A DNA stretch of 64,000 nt from Prasinococcaceae sp. CCMP 1430 (Eukaryota > Plantae > Prasinodermophyta), in contig RQSC01000523.1 of the NCBI GenBank assembly GCA_013416795.1, forward strand, positions 176,983 through 240,982, read 5' to 3'. Position numbers and translations under genes: made by a program. Of this stretch, positions 31,701 through 43,787 are shown piece after piece. The notes beneath the pieces were generated by a model. The model made no database searches and was not told the origin of the DNA. It saw only the letters and a program-made list of their open reading frames with translations. The stretch's first letter is position 1. Each line of letters begins with the position of its first letter.

Positions 31701-34425
31701 CGAGCGCATCGCCACCACCGTACTCTAGCGCATGCAGCGCGTCCACCTGCTCATCGGCGCCGGCGACCGCAGGCCCAAGGATATCGTCCTCTCGCGAAAG
31801 CTCTGAGATGAGGTCAGCGACAGAAGCCCTCGGTTCCGTCGGCCAACCACCAGCAAGGCCGCCAGAGGCGAGACACAGTGCGAGCAACGCCTTTGCTGCC
31901 TTCAGGTGCTCGAGCATCGCGGGCGCACTCTCAGCGAGTTGTACGGTGTGGAACGCGAGCGCATTCACGGAGTGCGCCACCTGCGGATTCTTGCCCGAGG
32001 CGGCCGCGGCACGAACCTCCTTTGCGGTGAGTATCCCAAGCGCTCCGTCGATGGCACCCGCGGCGAACGCGAGAATGTCGCCTAGCCTGCCCTTTGCCTG
32101 GGGACCCGGCGCGTGTGCCCTGGCCTTCGCGGACACATACAGAGCGCGGATCGCGCACAGCGCATCTGCGCGCCAGCCGAGCTCCGCGCAGAACGCAGCT
32201 GGGGCCTTGACAAGCTCGATCACGCGCGGCTGCGCGCGCGCACTGAAGGAGGTCGACACCGCCGACGCAATTTCCGTTGCCAGAGTGCCGCTGACTTCGT
32301 CGCCATTTCCCTCGAGCGCCGCGACGCTCGCTGCGAGGGCGTACCCGGCACTCCTCTCTGGCGCTCCCGCCTGCGAGTGATCAAGCACAAGCCCCTTGAC
32401 CTCAGACATCGCCTGCAGCACAAGCGCGGAGGGCACACCATGCTCGAGCTCCTCGGCCGCGTGCAGCAGCGCGCCCGCGGCGCGCGCCCAGCCGTCGAGG
32501 GTGCACTCAAGCAAGCGGACCTTTTGCTCCTGCTCTCTCGTCGCCGCCGATGCGCGGCCAAATCTGGAAGGAGCAGGCGCCGCTCCACGAGCGGCTGCCA
32601 ACGCGCTGCGCGCGGTATGCAGCACCTCAAATGCCTGTGCGAGGAGTCCCGTCGCCCTCTCTGGCACTGAACGCACGAGCGCGGCGAGCGTGGCTGCCGC
32701 GGCCTGTCGTGTTCGGATGTCCTGCGCACTCACCATTTCGGTTATGCGCGACTCGAGCTGCTTTTGCAGGCTCGAGTCCGCCTTCCCCAGAGTGTGCAGC
32801 GCTACGCTCGTCGCCCTGAGCGAGGTTGTTGCGTGCGCACCGCTCTGCTGGCGGGCGGGCGCGTTCGTTCTGTCGGCGCTGGTGCCGCCACCAGCTCCGC
32901 CAGAGAGCAATTGCGGGATGAGCACGGCCAGCTCCTCCGGTGGCAGTTGCTGCACACCTCCGGCGCACACCACGTGCAGGATGCACGCTCGCGCGTGCGC
33001 CAGGGCATCGGCCGTCTCGGGCGCAAGCGCACCGCCCGAGCTCTTGCTAGCACCTGCAGCCGCTAGCGAGGATAGAGCTTCCGAGCAGAGCTGCCGCGCA
33101 TGCGCGCCCTTGCCGCATGCGGCGGCCGACGCGACCGCCACTGCCCATGCCTCCGCCACCCCTGCACGCACGCGGGCAGCCGCCGCGCCGGGCATGCGCA
33201 CGCGCGTCCCGAAGGGCTGCGCCAGGTATACTCTCCACGCCTTATCCACCTGCTTAGTGAGCTTGTCCCTGTCCCTCCCCGACGTCTTCTCGAGGATGGC
33301 GTGCACCTCATCCGAGCTGGCGCACGTGACCAAAGCCGCCAGCGCGCGCACGTGCTGCGCACGGTAGGCTTGGTGTGCAAAAGCGTCGATGCCTGCGTCA
33401 CCATCTTCACCATCATTGCCTCCGCTCGTCGACGCACCCGCCCCAGCCTCGAGCGCGCTGATGCACGCAGTGGCGCACTGATCGAACGAAAGCGTGGCAC
33501 AAAGCGCCTTCTCACCTGCACCGCTGACGCACAAATCAGCCAGCACCGCCGCCGCAGCAGTGCACACGCAAACCTCCTTGTCCGCGGCCCCTACCCTGAG
33601 AGCGAGCTTGAGCGCCGCCTCGGAGCTCTTGGGTGACATGCTGCGCCCCGCGCCGCTGACGCACGCGGCGATGCATCGCAAGGCGGCCGCTCGCACGCGC
33701 GGCTCGGGGGCCTTGGTCGCGTGCCGCGCACATAGCATCACTGTCTCATTGCACGGGCGCGCGAGCTTCGAGCCGAATGCGCGCGACACGGCGCCGATGC
33801 ACTGAAGCGTCGCGATCCGTGCGGCCTCGGGCGACTGGTAGGGCGCGTCAGCGAGGGGTCATGTGTGGGGTTAAGGGTGTGTGGGTGTGGGTGTGGCCTA
33901 GTCAGAGCCGGGAGCGCAGAGCCACCGATCGGCGGTCGTGTACAACTAGAAGTCATCGTGCAATCTGGCAGTGATCCGAGGCTCCAGGCGGTCGCGGCGC
34001 ACCTTATCAAATGCCTTCTGCTCGATGGTGCCCTGCCACTCGCTCATCCTCGAGTACATGGAGATGCTGTCGCCGACGGAGAGGAGCGTGACGAGGCACG
34101 CGGTGCACAGCGTCCGCAGCAGAGGGCCAGGCCCGCGCGCCAGCAGCGTGCACAGGAGGTCCTCAGCGCCTCGCTGCTGCGATTTCAGCGCGTCGGCATC
34201 CACATCGGCGCACTCGATCGCGGCCACGCGCAGTGCGCGAAGGGCGGCCATCGTGCGAGGCTCGTCCAGCGGCGGCAGCGAGGCCAGTGCCTCGGCGATT
34301 CCATCGCCGCCGCCGCCGCTGGTGCCAAAGAGCGAGCGGTTGCTCTTCTTCTTGATGGCACCCGGCGCGGGCAGCGGCGCCACCGCGGCGAGCGCGCCTG
34401 CCGCCCGCTCGAAGGCCTCCGCCAT
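28753..34425 (-). CDS. HEATR5/Laa1/SWEETIE-like HEAT-repeat AP-1 accessory protein; intron 33835-34002
   Basis: About 1830 aa of helical repeats. [65 protein letters not shown] and [14 protein letters not shown] match the recalled HEATR5 blocks. Splicing AAG|GTGCGC...CCAG|TCG is in frame. Confidence 0.85.
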
Positions 34426-34523
34426 CGCCGCACGGCCTCTGCGCGCGCACGTGCGGCGACGGCGGGGCCGTCCCTACACTCGCGCGCTGAAAGTCTCGCC
34501 TCCGGACCGAAGCGCGCGGCTGT

Positions 34524-34675
34524 GGCGGCAGAGGCCTACGCGGGACACGGACAGACCGACGTTGATCGCAGGGCGGATGCCGCGGTAGAACAGGTCGGTC
34601 TCGAGGAAGATCTGGCCGTCAGTGATCGAAATCACGTTGGTGGGAATGTACGCCGACACGTCACCGGCCTGGGTC
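34524..34675 (-). pseudogene. atpA: About 150-nt fragment of F1-ATPase alpha subunit next to an N gap
   Basis: [47 protein letters not shown] is the PROSITE-type alpha signature region. Similarity is lost just after, with indels. Confidence 0.85.
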
Positions 34676-34899
34676 NNNNNNNNNNNNNNNNNNNNNNNNN
34701 NNNNNNNNNNNNNNNNNNNNNNNNNNNNNNNNNGCGGCAGCGGGTGCCTCGGGGCCGGGGGCCGGGGCGGCGGTGGCGGCTGCGGCGGCGGGGGCGAATG
34801 TTGTACATGTGACGTTGACACGCGGGGATCCCGCCTACCGAGCGCCTCGAGCAGCCGTCTGCCGACCTCAGGCCCGCCATGCATCGCGGTCGTACGCAG

Positions 34900-35342
34900 C
34901 AGTGGGGGGGGAGGGCGGGGCGGAGGACACGGCGCGCGGTGGCGCAGGTGCGCAGGAGCTGCTCCGGGCGGGCGACGTTGTGGTCGAGCGGCGCGTCTTC
35001 AGCGCGGACGATGTGGCGGCCTTCGCCGAGCTCACGCGCGACCCCAACCCCATCCACGCCGGTGCGGGTGCCATCGTGCCGGGCTCTCTCCTCGCGTCGC
35101 TCTTTCCGAGCGTCATCGGCGCGCGCCTCCCCGGGGCGCTCTACCTGCGGCAGACGCTCGCGTTCCGCTCGCCGCTCGCCGTGGGCGCCCCCGTCGACGC
35201 CCGCGTGGAGGTGACGCGCGCCTCCGGCCGCCGCCTCGCGCTGCGCACCGAGGTCTCCGACGCCGCCACCGGCGCGCTCCTCCTCGACGGCGACGCCGTC
35301 GCGCTGCTGCCCGCCGCCGCCGCGCCCGCCGCGCGCTCCTGA
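34900..35342 (+). CDS. MaoC/hotdog-fold dehydratase (HTD2 or R-specific enoyl-CoA hydratase-like); 5' end unresolved near a gap
   Basis: RVFSADDVAAFAELTRDPNPIH, IVPGSLLASLFPSVIG, GALYLRQTLAFRSPLAVG and LDGDAVALLP. Confidence 0.85.
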
Positions 35343-35868
35343 CGCCCTCCCCATTTGTTTGTAACTATATCACGATACCATGACAATGTGCATGCACGTG
35401 CACCAACAAATGCCTCCCAAAAAATCAAGGGGGAAAATAAAAAAGCGTCTGAGTGCGCTGCGCAGCGCAGCAGCGCCGATTGACCTCCCCTCCCGCCTTC
35501 CGCCACCAGGACGTTGTTTTTTTCCGGAGGGCGCTTTCGGCGCGTCGGCGATCCGATCGGATGCCCGGCGGGGTGTCGAAAGCGCGGCCGCGCGGCGATT
35601 TCGGCGGCGCCTGCCGCGATTTCGTGGGAGCACGCACGTGTGTGTGCGTGGGTGTGTGTGGGGGGGGGAGGGGGGGTGTGGTCGTTGATAGAGCGCGCAC
35701 TGGGGTGCGCGTGTGTGTCGACAACAACGAATTGGCGCTTGTGGTCGTCGCCGCTGGCGGTGACGAGCGTGCGGCGGGGCCGAGGGGGAGGGCGAGGGCG
35801 AGGGGCGCGACTGGGAGGTCGAGTGCTGGAGGCGCCACGCGCAGCGGCTTGCCGAGTCGACCGAGGCC

Positions 35869-37137
35869 ATGCTAGCAGAAATTGGCCAAGGTGGCTCGTT
35901 GCTCGACTCTCCCGAGGGGTGGCGCACGCTCACGGCTGAGTTGGCACCCCCTACGCGCGCGGCGCTCGCCGCTCTGCCTGCAGACATCGAGTGCGCGCTC
36001 TTGGTGATCCTGGTGGAGCTCGCAGACGCCCAGGAGGCCGCCTCCGCACGAAAGGCGGGTGCGCTGCCGGTGCGGCACGTTCGCGTGCACGCCCGACCCC
36101 TTGCGGGGTCGTGGGGTGCAGGGGCGACCAAACCGCCGTGTGCCGCTGCAGTCGTCGCGAGAGGGGGCAGGTGGCGCGCGCTCCCATTCGCAAAGGACTC
36201 TGCATGGGCGACGCAGCGTGTGCCGCTGGAGGTTGCGCGCGACGAGGCCAATGCCGCCGAGGGGCTGCTAGCGAACGCGGAGGGCGAGCTGCTGGAGGGC
36301 CTCGTGTCAAACGTTTTCGTCGTGTCGAGAAAGGTTGGCTACCCGGCCGCACCAGGAAGCTTTGGCCAGCTGCTGGCAACTCTCGTCGATGCCGTGCGCT
36401 CGTTTTCGGGTATGGGTTCGGCGGCAAGGTGCGCTTTGCGCCGACGCGAGCGCGCCTTCCCAGACTTTGCTGGAAAGGGGGTGCGAGGGTGGGGGTGGGC
36501 CGGGGGGTCATGGGGTGTGAGAGGGGTGGAAGGAAGACAGAAGGGGTTGATGTGCTGACTGCCGCTTGACTCTCTCGCACGCGCGACCGCGCGACCACAA
36601 CACAGTGAGCTCTTCCGCTACGCGTTTTGGCAGCTCGGCATTGCTCTCGGCGTGTGCAGCGAGGATGACGCGCTCGAGCTGCTCACCGCGCCCGACGACG
36701 ATGTGCTGCCAGGCGTGATGCGCTCGCTCACGCTACAAGCCGCGGCTGCTGAGGGACTCACGGTTAGAAAGGTCGCCCCGGCGCCGACATTGGCAGCCTC
36801 GGGTGCTTGGAGCGAAGCGGCCGTCACTTCTGCACTCAGAGGCATCCAGCCACTCAGCTCTGTGATATGGCCAGAGGGCTTCAAGACTGCCGGGGCCGCG
36901 AGCGACGGCAGCCCCAGCGAGGCAGACGCAACGACGGGCGTGGCAGCCGCCCCCACACACACCACGCACTTCAGTGGCGAGGCGGCCGTACTGACACGGT
37001 TACAGCAGCGCGTCGCCGCGATGGCACGGTTGGAGCGCGTTGGTTTGCAGGGCCTCGACGAAGTCGCGTCAATGGCCGCCGCCGCCGCGGCGGCAGAGGA
37101 GGCCCAGATAGCGGCCGACGGCTTCGTCAAGATCTGA
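35869..37137 (+). CDS. Class IV (fold-type IV) PLP aminotransferase/aminodeoxychorismate-lyase-like protein; intron(s) about 36333-36633
   Basis: AKDSAW (Lys), GELLEGLVSNVFVV, VLPGVMRSL and EAAVTSALRGIQP. Confidence 0.75.
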
Positions 37138-37410
37138 TGATGAGTGACCCCGTGCGGATATGGCAGGCAACGACGCCGCAGCACTCCCGCACGTCGCTCG
37201 TCTTGTACCCTGAGGCTCTGGGCCCTTCGCCGGGTCCAACCCAACCTAGCGCGCGCAGCTGACGCGCTCGTGCCGTTGTCAGTACTCTAAGTGATTGTAC
37301 CTTTTTTTGTTTCTATCGGCGGGCACGCGCCGGCGGTCTACGCGCCGTCCTTGGTGCAGGCAGGCTCTCTCCGAGGGGCCAATTGCGCGCCCCGTTGAGC
37401 TTTGTCCCTC

Positions 37411-38275
37411 CTATTGTCCGGTCAGCTGATCGAGGAAGCTCTTGGAGCCCGGTGCCTCGACATCGTCGAATGTATCGAGTGGTTCCCTCATGGCGCCGTG
37501 CACAGCACACAAGGCGCCGCTCATGAACACAGCGTACATGAGCGTGTAGCCCACACTCGACAGCAGAAAGAGCACGACGAGGCTGCCAGCGGACATGCCC
37601 ACGAGCTTTTCGCGCTGAGAGAGGATGCGGCCGCTCACCACGATTGGCTCCGCCCTTATCGCGAACACGTACGCCCATGAGGCCGCCACCGCCAGGAGCA
37701 TGACGAGACACAACGGGTTCAAGACGACAGTACTCACAAGCAGCACGCCCGTGAGGGCTGCGTAGTTGGCCCGAAAGTATACGGCATTGCGCTTGATTCG
37801 ATCGAGCGCCTCGCCCACGTTGGCGGGCGGCGCAGCGAGCGCGCTGCGATCGAAGACCTCGCTCAACGGGCGCCGCCCCGCCAGTGCCACGCCTGCTCGC
37901 TCCGACACAGCACCGTAGGCATTTTGCGCGAGGCTGGCGCAGTTCTTCAGCCGCGCCTGCAAGCTAGTATCGTCGGAGGGGGCTGACGAACCTGTCTTGG
38001 CAGCGAGCGTGTCCGCAGAGCGCAGAGCATCGCCAAGGAGTGGAGCGGTGCCAGCGCTGCGTGCGAGGGGCGTGCCGTGTCCGCGCGCAGCCCGTCGTCA
38101 GCTACTAGTACTGCTGCTACACCCCGCCCCGTCAGTTCGTCAATGGCGCACTCGTGGCCGCCCGAGCCATGCGCGCCCTCTGGGGCGGCTCCGTGCTCAG
38201 GCCGTTTCGCGCCTGGCCGCGCGCGCACCTCCCGTCGGCGCCCCCTTCGAACGCCGGGATGTCCTCGCCGCTCAT
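37411..38275 (-). CDS. PRA1: PRA1 family (prenylated Rab acceptor); intron 38057-38228
   Basis: RRPLSEVFD, RIKRNAVYFRANY, LNPLCL and VHGAMR. Splicing AG|GTGCGC...GCAG|C joins MSGEDIPAF in frame. Confidence 0.9.
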
Positions 38276-38814
38276 GCCGCCGCCCTTGGCCGCGCTGACG
38301 CCCCGCGGTCGCCGCGCTCCGCGCGCGCTGTGGCGCCGCCCCCTCCCGGCGATCATCAACAGCCCTGCGCGCGCCGCGCGCGTCTTTATTTTTCCGCACC
38401 TGATGGCGATGGCGGCGCTCGGGACGCGGCGCGCGTGCGCGCACTCACCATCAAAGTGCATCTTTGCACTTGGGAGCACCAAGTCGCCCGTTTGTTTTTT
38501 CCTGGCGCTGACGCGCGCTGTGACACCGCATGCGGTTTGATGGCGCGCCGAGCGAGCTTCGGTGGCGTCGCGCTCCGGAGCCCGTTTGATGTGAGTTTTT
38601 TTTTTTTTTCCCCGCGCGGTGTGACCTCGCTGGAGCTCTCGAGATTCGAAAACGCCGGGCTGCGTGTGCTCGCTGCCAGAGGCCGCGCGAGGCACGCGTG
38701 CGCCACCCCTCCCCCCCCCTTCCCCCGCTCACACACGCGCGAAAGCGCACCGGCGAGGGAGCTCTCGACCCTCGGATTCGCGCGCCGCGCGCTCGCCTCG
38801 GTTCCGGCGCGCCG

Positions 38815-39505
38815 ATGGCGACGGTGGACGAGCTCAAGGAGGCGCTGCGCGACGCGCTCGAGGCCGACGGCGCGCTCGCGCGCCACCGCGCGGCCGTACG
38901 TGCTGCGCGCGGTGCGCGCGCGCGTCGGCGGTGACGCCAGCGCGTCGGCGGGCGCGCCGCCTCCGCCCGACGCCAACGCACTCATCAATGAGGTGAGCCA
39001 ACCGCCGGCTGCGCACGGCCGCTCGCCGCTTCCCGCTTAAGCCCCTGCGCAAGCGCATGGGGGTCTTGAGCGTTTGTGAGCACATCGGCCGCCTCCGACC
39101 ACCCCAGTACCTACGCCGCCAGTGTGCACACGCACGCCATCTCGCGCGGGCGCATCCCCCCCCCCCCCCTCTTCTTCCACTCCCACCCTACCTTCCTGCT
39201 TGCACCCTGCCCATGAGTTTGCACACCCTTGCTGACATGGCGGTGGTTGCACTGCTGCGCCCTAGCTGGTGCGCGAGTACCTGGAATGGAATGGCTACCG
39301 CGAGGCGCTGAGCGTGCTGCAGCCCGAGGCGAGCATGCCCGCCGCCTCTCCCTTTGGCCGCGGCTTCGTCGCGAGCAGGCTTGGGCTGGGTGACGCCGAT
39401 GCTGCTGGGGAGGTGCCACTTCTCTACTCACTTGTCGCAAAGGCCGACACAGTGTCCGCGCCGCCGCCGCCCACACCCTCGCCGCCCCAGCAAACGCAGC
39501 AATAG
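38815..39505 (+). CDS. FOPNL: FOR20/FOPNL/CEP20 centriolar LisH protein; intron 38993-39265; frameshift near 38900-38912
   Basis: MATVDELKEALRDALEADGAL, NALINE|LVREYLEWNGY and VPLLYSLV. Confidence 0.85.
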
Positions 39506-39765
39506 ACTGCACAGCACGAGGCGGGCGAGCACCGCGGCTGCCCGCGCGTAGCGCAACGCGGCATGTAAACTATCGCGCCGCCTGAGGCGGTGCTGCGCCT
39601 TGTACACGCACTCGACGCAGCATCCTCCTGCGCGTCGCGCGAACGGCCGCACCCGCCGCCTCCACGCGGGCGCGCCCGGCACGCGCCACAGTGCGCGCGC
39701 CGAACGCCGCGTTGGGAGCGCTCCGGGCGCCGCCGCCGCCGGCGCGCGGCAGCGCCCCGCGCGTG

Positions 39766-41255
39766 ATGTCCCTGCCGCGCTGCGACGTGTGCGACGCTCC
39801 GTCTGCGCCCTACACGTGCCCGCGCTGCCTTTGTCGTTACTGCACGGCTGCGTGCTACCGCGCGCACTCGGCGGAGTGCGTTGAGGCGTTTGCGCGAGAG
39901 CACGTGTGCGCCGAAGCGACGGCTGATGCGCGCGCGGGCGGTGCGGCTGCGGCGGCCACGGCAGCTGCGCTGCGGCGAGTGCGTCTGGGAGACTCGGACG
40001 ACGAAGGCGATGGCGACAGCGGCGATGGTGACGAAGACGGTGCGTCGTGTCGCGCAGCGCCGCACGATGCCTCGCCGCACCGCACGCCGCCGCTTCATTG
40101 CGCGCCGCGGTGCCCCGCAGAGGGCGTGTCCGCACTGCGAGATGGCGCTTGCATGCTCGCGCGCTCGCACGTTGACACTCTCGCGGCGCGGTAGCCTCCG
40201 AGGCCATCAACCCGGACGAGCTAGAAAAACAGCTGAGCTCGCTGGACCCCGACACGCTTGACGCGCTCTTGGGCGGCTCCGCCGCAGTGCAGGCCGCGGC
40301 GGCGGCTGCGGCAGCGCCTTGGTGGACTACGCGGGCGGCCTCCGAGGCCTCCGCGGCGGCAGCGGCCGACGGCACCGCGCTTGTGACCGAGGTAGCGAAT
40401 GAAAACCCGAGCGCCAACGGCAGCGTGGCGTCGGCCGAGGGCGCTTCCTTGGACGAGCACGCCGGCCAGCGTCTTCCGCCGTTGCCCTCGCAGCCACTAC
40501 CCGCAATCACGGCGCTCGTGTCGCGCGCACCGCCGTCCGAGGCGCGCTGGCATTGCGCATCGTTGCTGGCGGGGTATGCGGCGGCATGGCGGCTCTACGG
40601 CGGGTGCATGCTCGATGATCCGCTGGGTGCGGCAACGGCTGTCTGTGCCGCAGCGCCCGTCTGCATGCCTGGCGGCGCCCAGCCGCGGTCTGCGGCGTGC
40701 GCCGCCGAGGCTGCCGTGGCAGCTGTTGTCGCGCAGCAGAGCGGCGCGGGCGCGCGCAGAAGCGCCGCCGCGGAAGCGGGGCGGTTGGCCGTGGCGGATG
40801 CTGCTGCGCTTTGTGACTTAGGGCGCGCCATCGCGGTGCGCGCGCTCGTGGACCTGGCCGAGCTCTTCGCCGCCGCAGCTGCTGAGCCAGCCGAAGCAGA
40901 ACTCGCCCACCGCAGCGATGGCGCAGGATCAGGCGGCACGCCTGCACGAGCCCTGCACGCGGCCGGCAAGGGCCGAGCAAGCACTTCTCATGGCAACGGC
41001 GCTGCCCATCGCAAGGTGCGGGAGGCGCTACTCGCCTCCAAGAAGGCGCGCTTCTTCGCCTCGTGGGCGAACGAGAGTGCCGACCTCCTGGCCGCAGTGG
41101 CAGGCGAGCTCCGACTGTGGCTGGCGCAGACGGCGGCCGACGCCGAGGGCGCAGCATCGGCGCTCGCCCGAGCTGGCGTCGGAGGCGGCGGGACCGCTAT
41201 GGGCGCGGCGGGGCTCAGCGGTGGCGAGGAGCTGAGGCTCCCTCGCAGCGACTGA
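39766..41255 (+). CDS. Zinc finger HIT domain protein (ZNHIT2-like); intron 40040-40194
   Basis: CDVC...YTCPRCLCRYCTAACYRAHSAECVEAF; C-terminal SKKARFFASW. Confidence 0.8.
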
Positions 41256-41321
41256 CGGTGATGGATCGCCGCGAGGTGTACTTTAAATCTGTTATATTAT
41301 TTGTGCCCTGTTGGGTGGGAG

Positions 41322-43787
41322 TCACAGCAGACGGCGGCGCACAGGCTGTTGTTGGACCGCGCGGACTCCACCGACGACGTTCTCCGCAGCGGCTGCCGCG
41401 CTGCCGGCACACTGGCCCGCAACGTCAGCCATCGCCCCCGGCGCATGGTGCGTACCGTCAGCGCCCTTGAGCACTCCCTCCATGCGCAGGCGAAGTTGCC
41501 GCGTGGCTGCCAGCAGCGCCCCACCGTCCGTGCGCCCGCCACTCGAGCCAGCAGAGTCGGCCGAGCCGTTGCTCGCGTCGCTCGTGCCGCTGCTGTTGGC
41601 TGCGCGCGTGACAGTCTGTGCTATTTGTTCGCCAGAGAGCGGCTGCAGTACCTGCTGCTCGGCCACAGAGGCGATGCCACCGAGCGCCACGCTGACCTTG
41701 GCGCACGGGTTGTACGATGTGACCAACACACCGTCGACGGCATTGCCAGAGTCAAAGTCAACAATGAGCTCAGCGACCGCTGCGGCCGGCACGTTGGCGG
41801 CCGATCGTGCCGCGGGCGTCAGGTCAAGCACACACCACTCTTCCGCGGTAGTGTTGCCAGATGCCACCAGTCTGTGCCAAGCGTCGCCATGCCTGAACCT
41901 GCAGCGGATGGCCTTGACGCGCGGCAAGCTTGTCAGGTTTGCATTGGGCAAATATGACACCCACAGTCCCTTGCTCACGGCCGTGCCGACCTCGGCACCA
42001 GGTGCTAGGCACCACCGCTCCTTGTTGGGCCACACGCGCCCCGCCAGGGCAGCAATGCCCGAGCGCGACGGAGCGCAAGACTGCGGTGAAGGGGCCGGCC
42101 CCCCGCCGTGGGCGCCACCTACGGCCGCTGCCGCCTGCGTTCCGGCGCGCGCCCACGCAAACACCATGCCTGGGCCCAGCGGCGAGCCCGGCGGAGGCAC
42201 CGTGAGCGTAGCGCGCGTGGCCGCGCGCATAGCGGTCGGCGGCGATGTGGCGGCGATGGTCGGGGTAGCAGAGGCTCCAGTGGCTGGCTGGGGTGTCGCC
42301 GGGACCCTCTTCTGTTGTGGCGCGTGAGCCTCGTACGTGGGCGCCTCGGCAGGGGTGTGCGGCATCTCAGTTTTGGCCCGTGACGGTGTGCGCATGTCGA
42401 CGGCCTCTACTGAGCCCGTCCAGCTGACCGCGGACGCCGCCGTCGAGGCCGCCGCCGAGCTCGCCGGCGTGTTCTGATGCTGCTGAGTGTACTGTTGCGC
42501 AGACGGCAGCGGCGGCGTCGCCGGTGCTGGCGTCATGCCAGTGCGATCTGCTTTCGCAACGACGGCGCTTGCCGGCGGTGTGGACGGTTGACTGCTGCGA
42601 TTTGAGGCAGCGCTGCTGACGCCGCTCGCGGACCCACCCGCGCTCGGCGCTGCCCCGTGCGGCTCTCGGTCAGGCACCGCCGAGTCGCCTACTCGTGTCG
42701 GAGCGGCGGGTGGCCTCGCTCGAAGCGGCGCCGGCCCGTCTTCGGCCGGCACAGCCCCACCAGCGCAGCTCCGCCACTCAGCGACGCGAGATACGGTCGC
42801 GGGAGCCGCCAGCCGCGGCTGGTTCGACGCAACTTCACCCACGGCTGGGGCAGGCGCCACCTTGGCTGCCGCTATCCTGCTCCCCTCGCTCCGCTTCAGT
42901 GCCACCTGAAGCTTCGCAATCGTCTTGCGCGCGGCCGCGAGGTCATCCTCTGCGTGTCGCCTCCGCGAGCGCTCCAGTGCGAGCTGCACGGGCGACATGG
43001 CGAGCACCGCCGCCGCGCTGGGTCGCTTGGAGGCGTCCTTCTCCAGCATGCGGCTCACCAGGAAGCGCATCTCCGCCGAGAACGTGTGCGGCAGCTGCTT
43101 GGCGGGCGAGCCCACGATCTTGCGCGCGAGCGCCAGCGCGTTTGGCGCGGAGAACGGCGGCGCGCCGGTGGCGAGCTCGTACGCCAGGCATCCGAGCGAC
43201 CACACATCCGTGCGCGCGTCGTACGGCCTGCCCTCGCACAGCTCCGGCGAGTAGTAGAGGGGTGTGCCCACGCCGGTCTCGGCGAACGCCGACTCGGCTC
43301 CCAGCGCACGGCTCAGACCGAGGTCCCCGATGATCGCGTCGCCGCGCGCGTCGAGGAAGACGTTGGACGGCTTGATGTCGCGATGGAGCACCCTCCTGGA
43401 GTGCAGGTACGTCAGCCCCTCGGCGACCTGGGCGAGATAGTGCCACACGCGCGCCTCGTCCATCGCGCCGCCCGGCGCCGCCCGGAGCGCGGCGGCGAGG
43501 TCTCCGCCCGGCGCGCGCTCCATGACTATGTGCAGGCGGCCGGAGGCGACGTAGCTCTCGCGATAGACCACCAGCCGCGGGTGGGACAGCCCCTGCAGCA
43601 GCTTGGCCTCGTTGAGCGCCTCCTGCCGCTCGGCCGCCGACGCGCCAGCGAGCTCCAGCTCCTTGATGACGGCGCGCTCGCCTGTGTGGAGGTGCGTCGC
43701 GGCGTACACGCGGCCGTATGATCCGCGGCCGAGCAGCGCGCCGCGGCGGTACGCGTCGCCGCCGCCGCCGCGCGCGCCCCGCGCCTC
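41322..43787 (-). CDS. NIMA-related (NEK) Ser/Thr kinase with long C-terminal extension; 5' end in N gap
   Basis: LGRGSYG, AVIKE, EALNEAKLL, LHRDIKPSNVF, IGDLGL, GTPLYYSPELCEGRPY and DVWSLGC. Confidence 0.92.
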   Translation of the reverse strand, partial: EARGARGGGGDAYRRGALLGRGSYGRVYAATHLHTGERAVIKELELAGASAAERQEALNEAKLLQGLSHPRLVVYRESYVASGRLHIVMERAPGGDLAAALRAAPGGAMDEARVWHYLAQVAEGLTYLHSRRVLHRDIKPSNVFLDARGDAIIGDLGLSRALGAESAFAETGVGTPLYYSPELCEGRPYDARTDVWSLGCLAYELATGAPPFSAPNALALARKIVGSPAKQLPHTFSAEMRFLVSRMLEKDASKRPSAAAVLAMSPVQLALERSRRRHAEDDLAAARKTIAKLQVALKRSEGSRIAAAKVAPAPAVGEVASNQPRLAAPATVSRVAEWRSCAGGAVPAEDGPAPLRARPPAAPTRVGDSAVPDREPHGAAPSAGGSASGVSSAASNRSSQPSTPPASAVVAKADRTGMTPAPATPPLPSAQQYTQQHQNTPASSAAASTAASAVSWTGSVEAVDMRTPSRAKTEMPHTPAEAPTYEAHAPQQKRVPATPQPATGASATPTIAATSPPTAMRAATRATLTVPPPGSPLGPGMVFAWARAGTQAAAAVGGAHGGGPAPSPQSCAPSRSGIAALAGRVWPNKERWCLAPGAEVGTAVSKGLWVSYLPNANLTSLPRVKAIRCRFRHGDAWHRLVASGNTTAEEWCVLDLTPAARSAANVPAAAVAELIVDFDSGNAVDGVLVTSYNPCAKVSVALGGIASVAEQQVLQPLSGEQIAQTVTRAANSSGTSDASNGSADSAGSSGGRTDGGALLAATRQLRLRMEGVLKGADGTHHAPGAMADVAGQCAGSAAAAAENVVGGVRAVQQQPVRRRLL

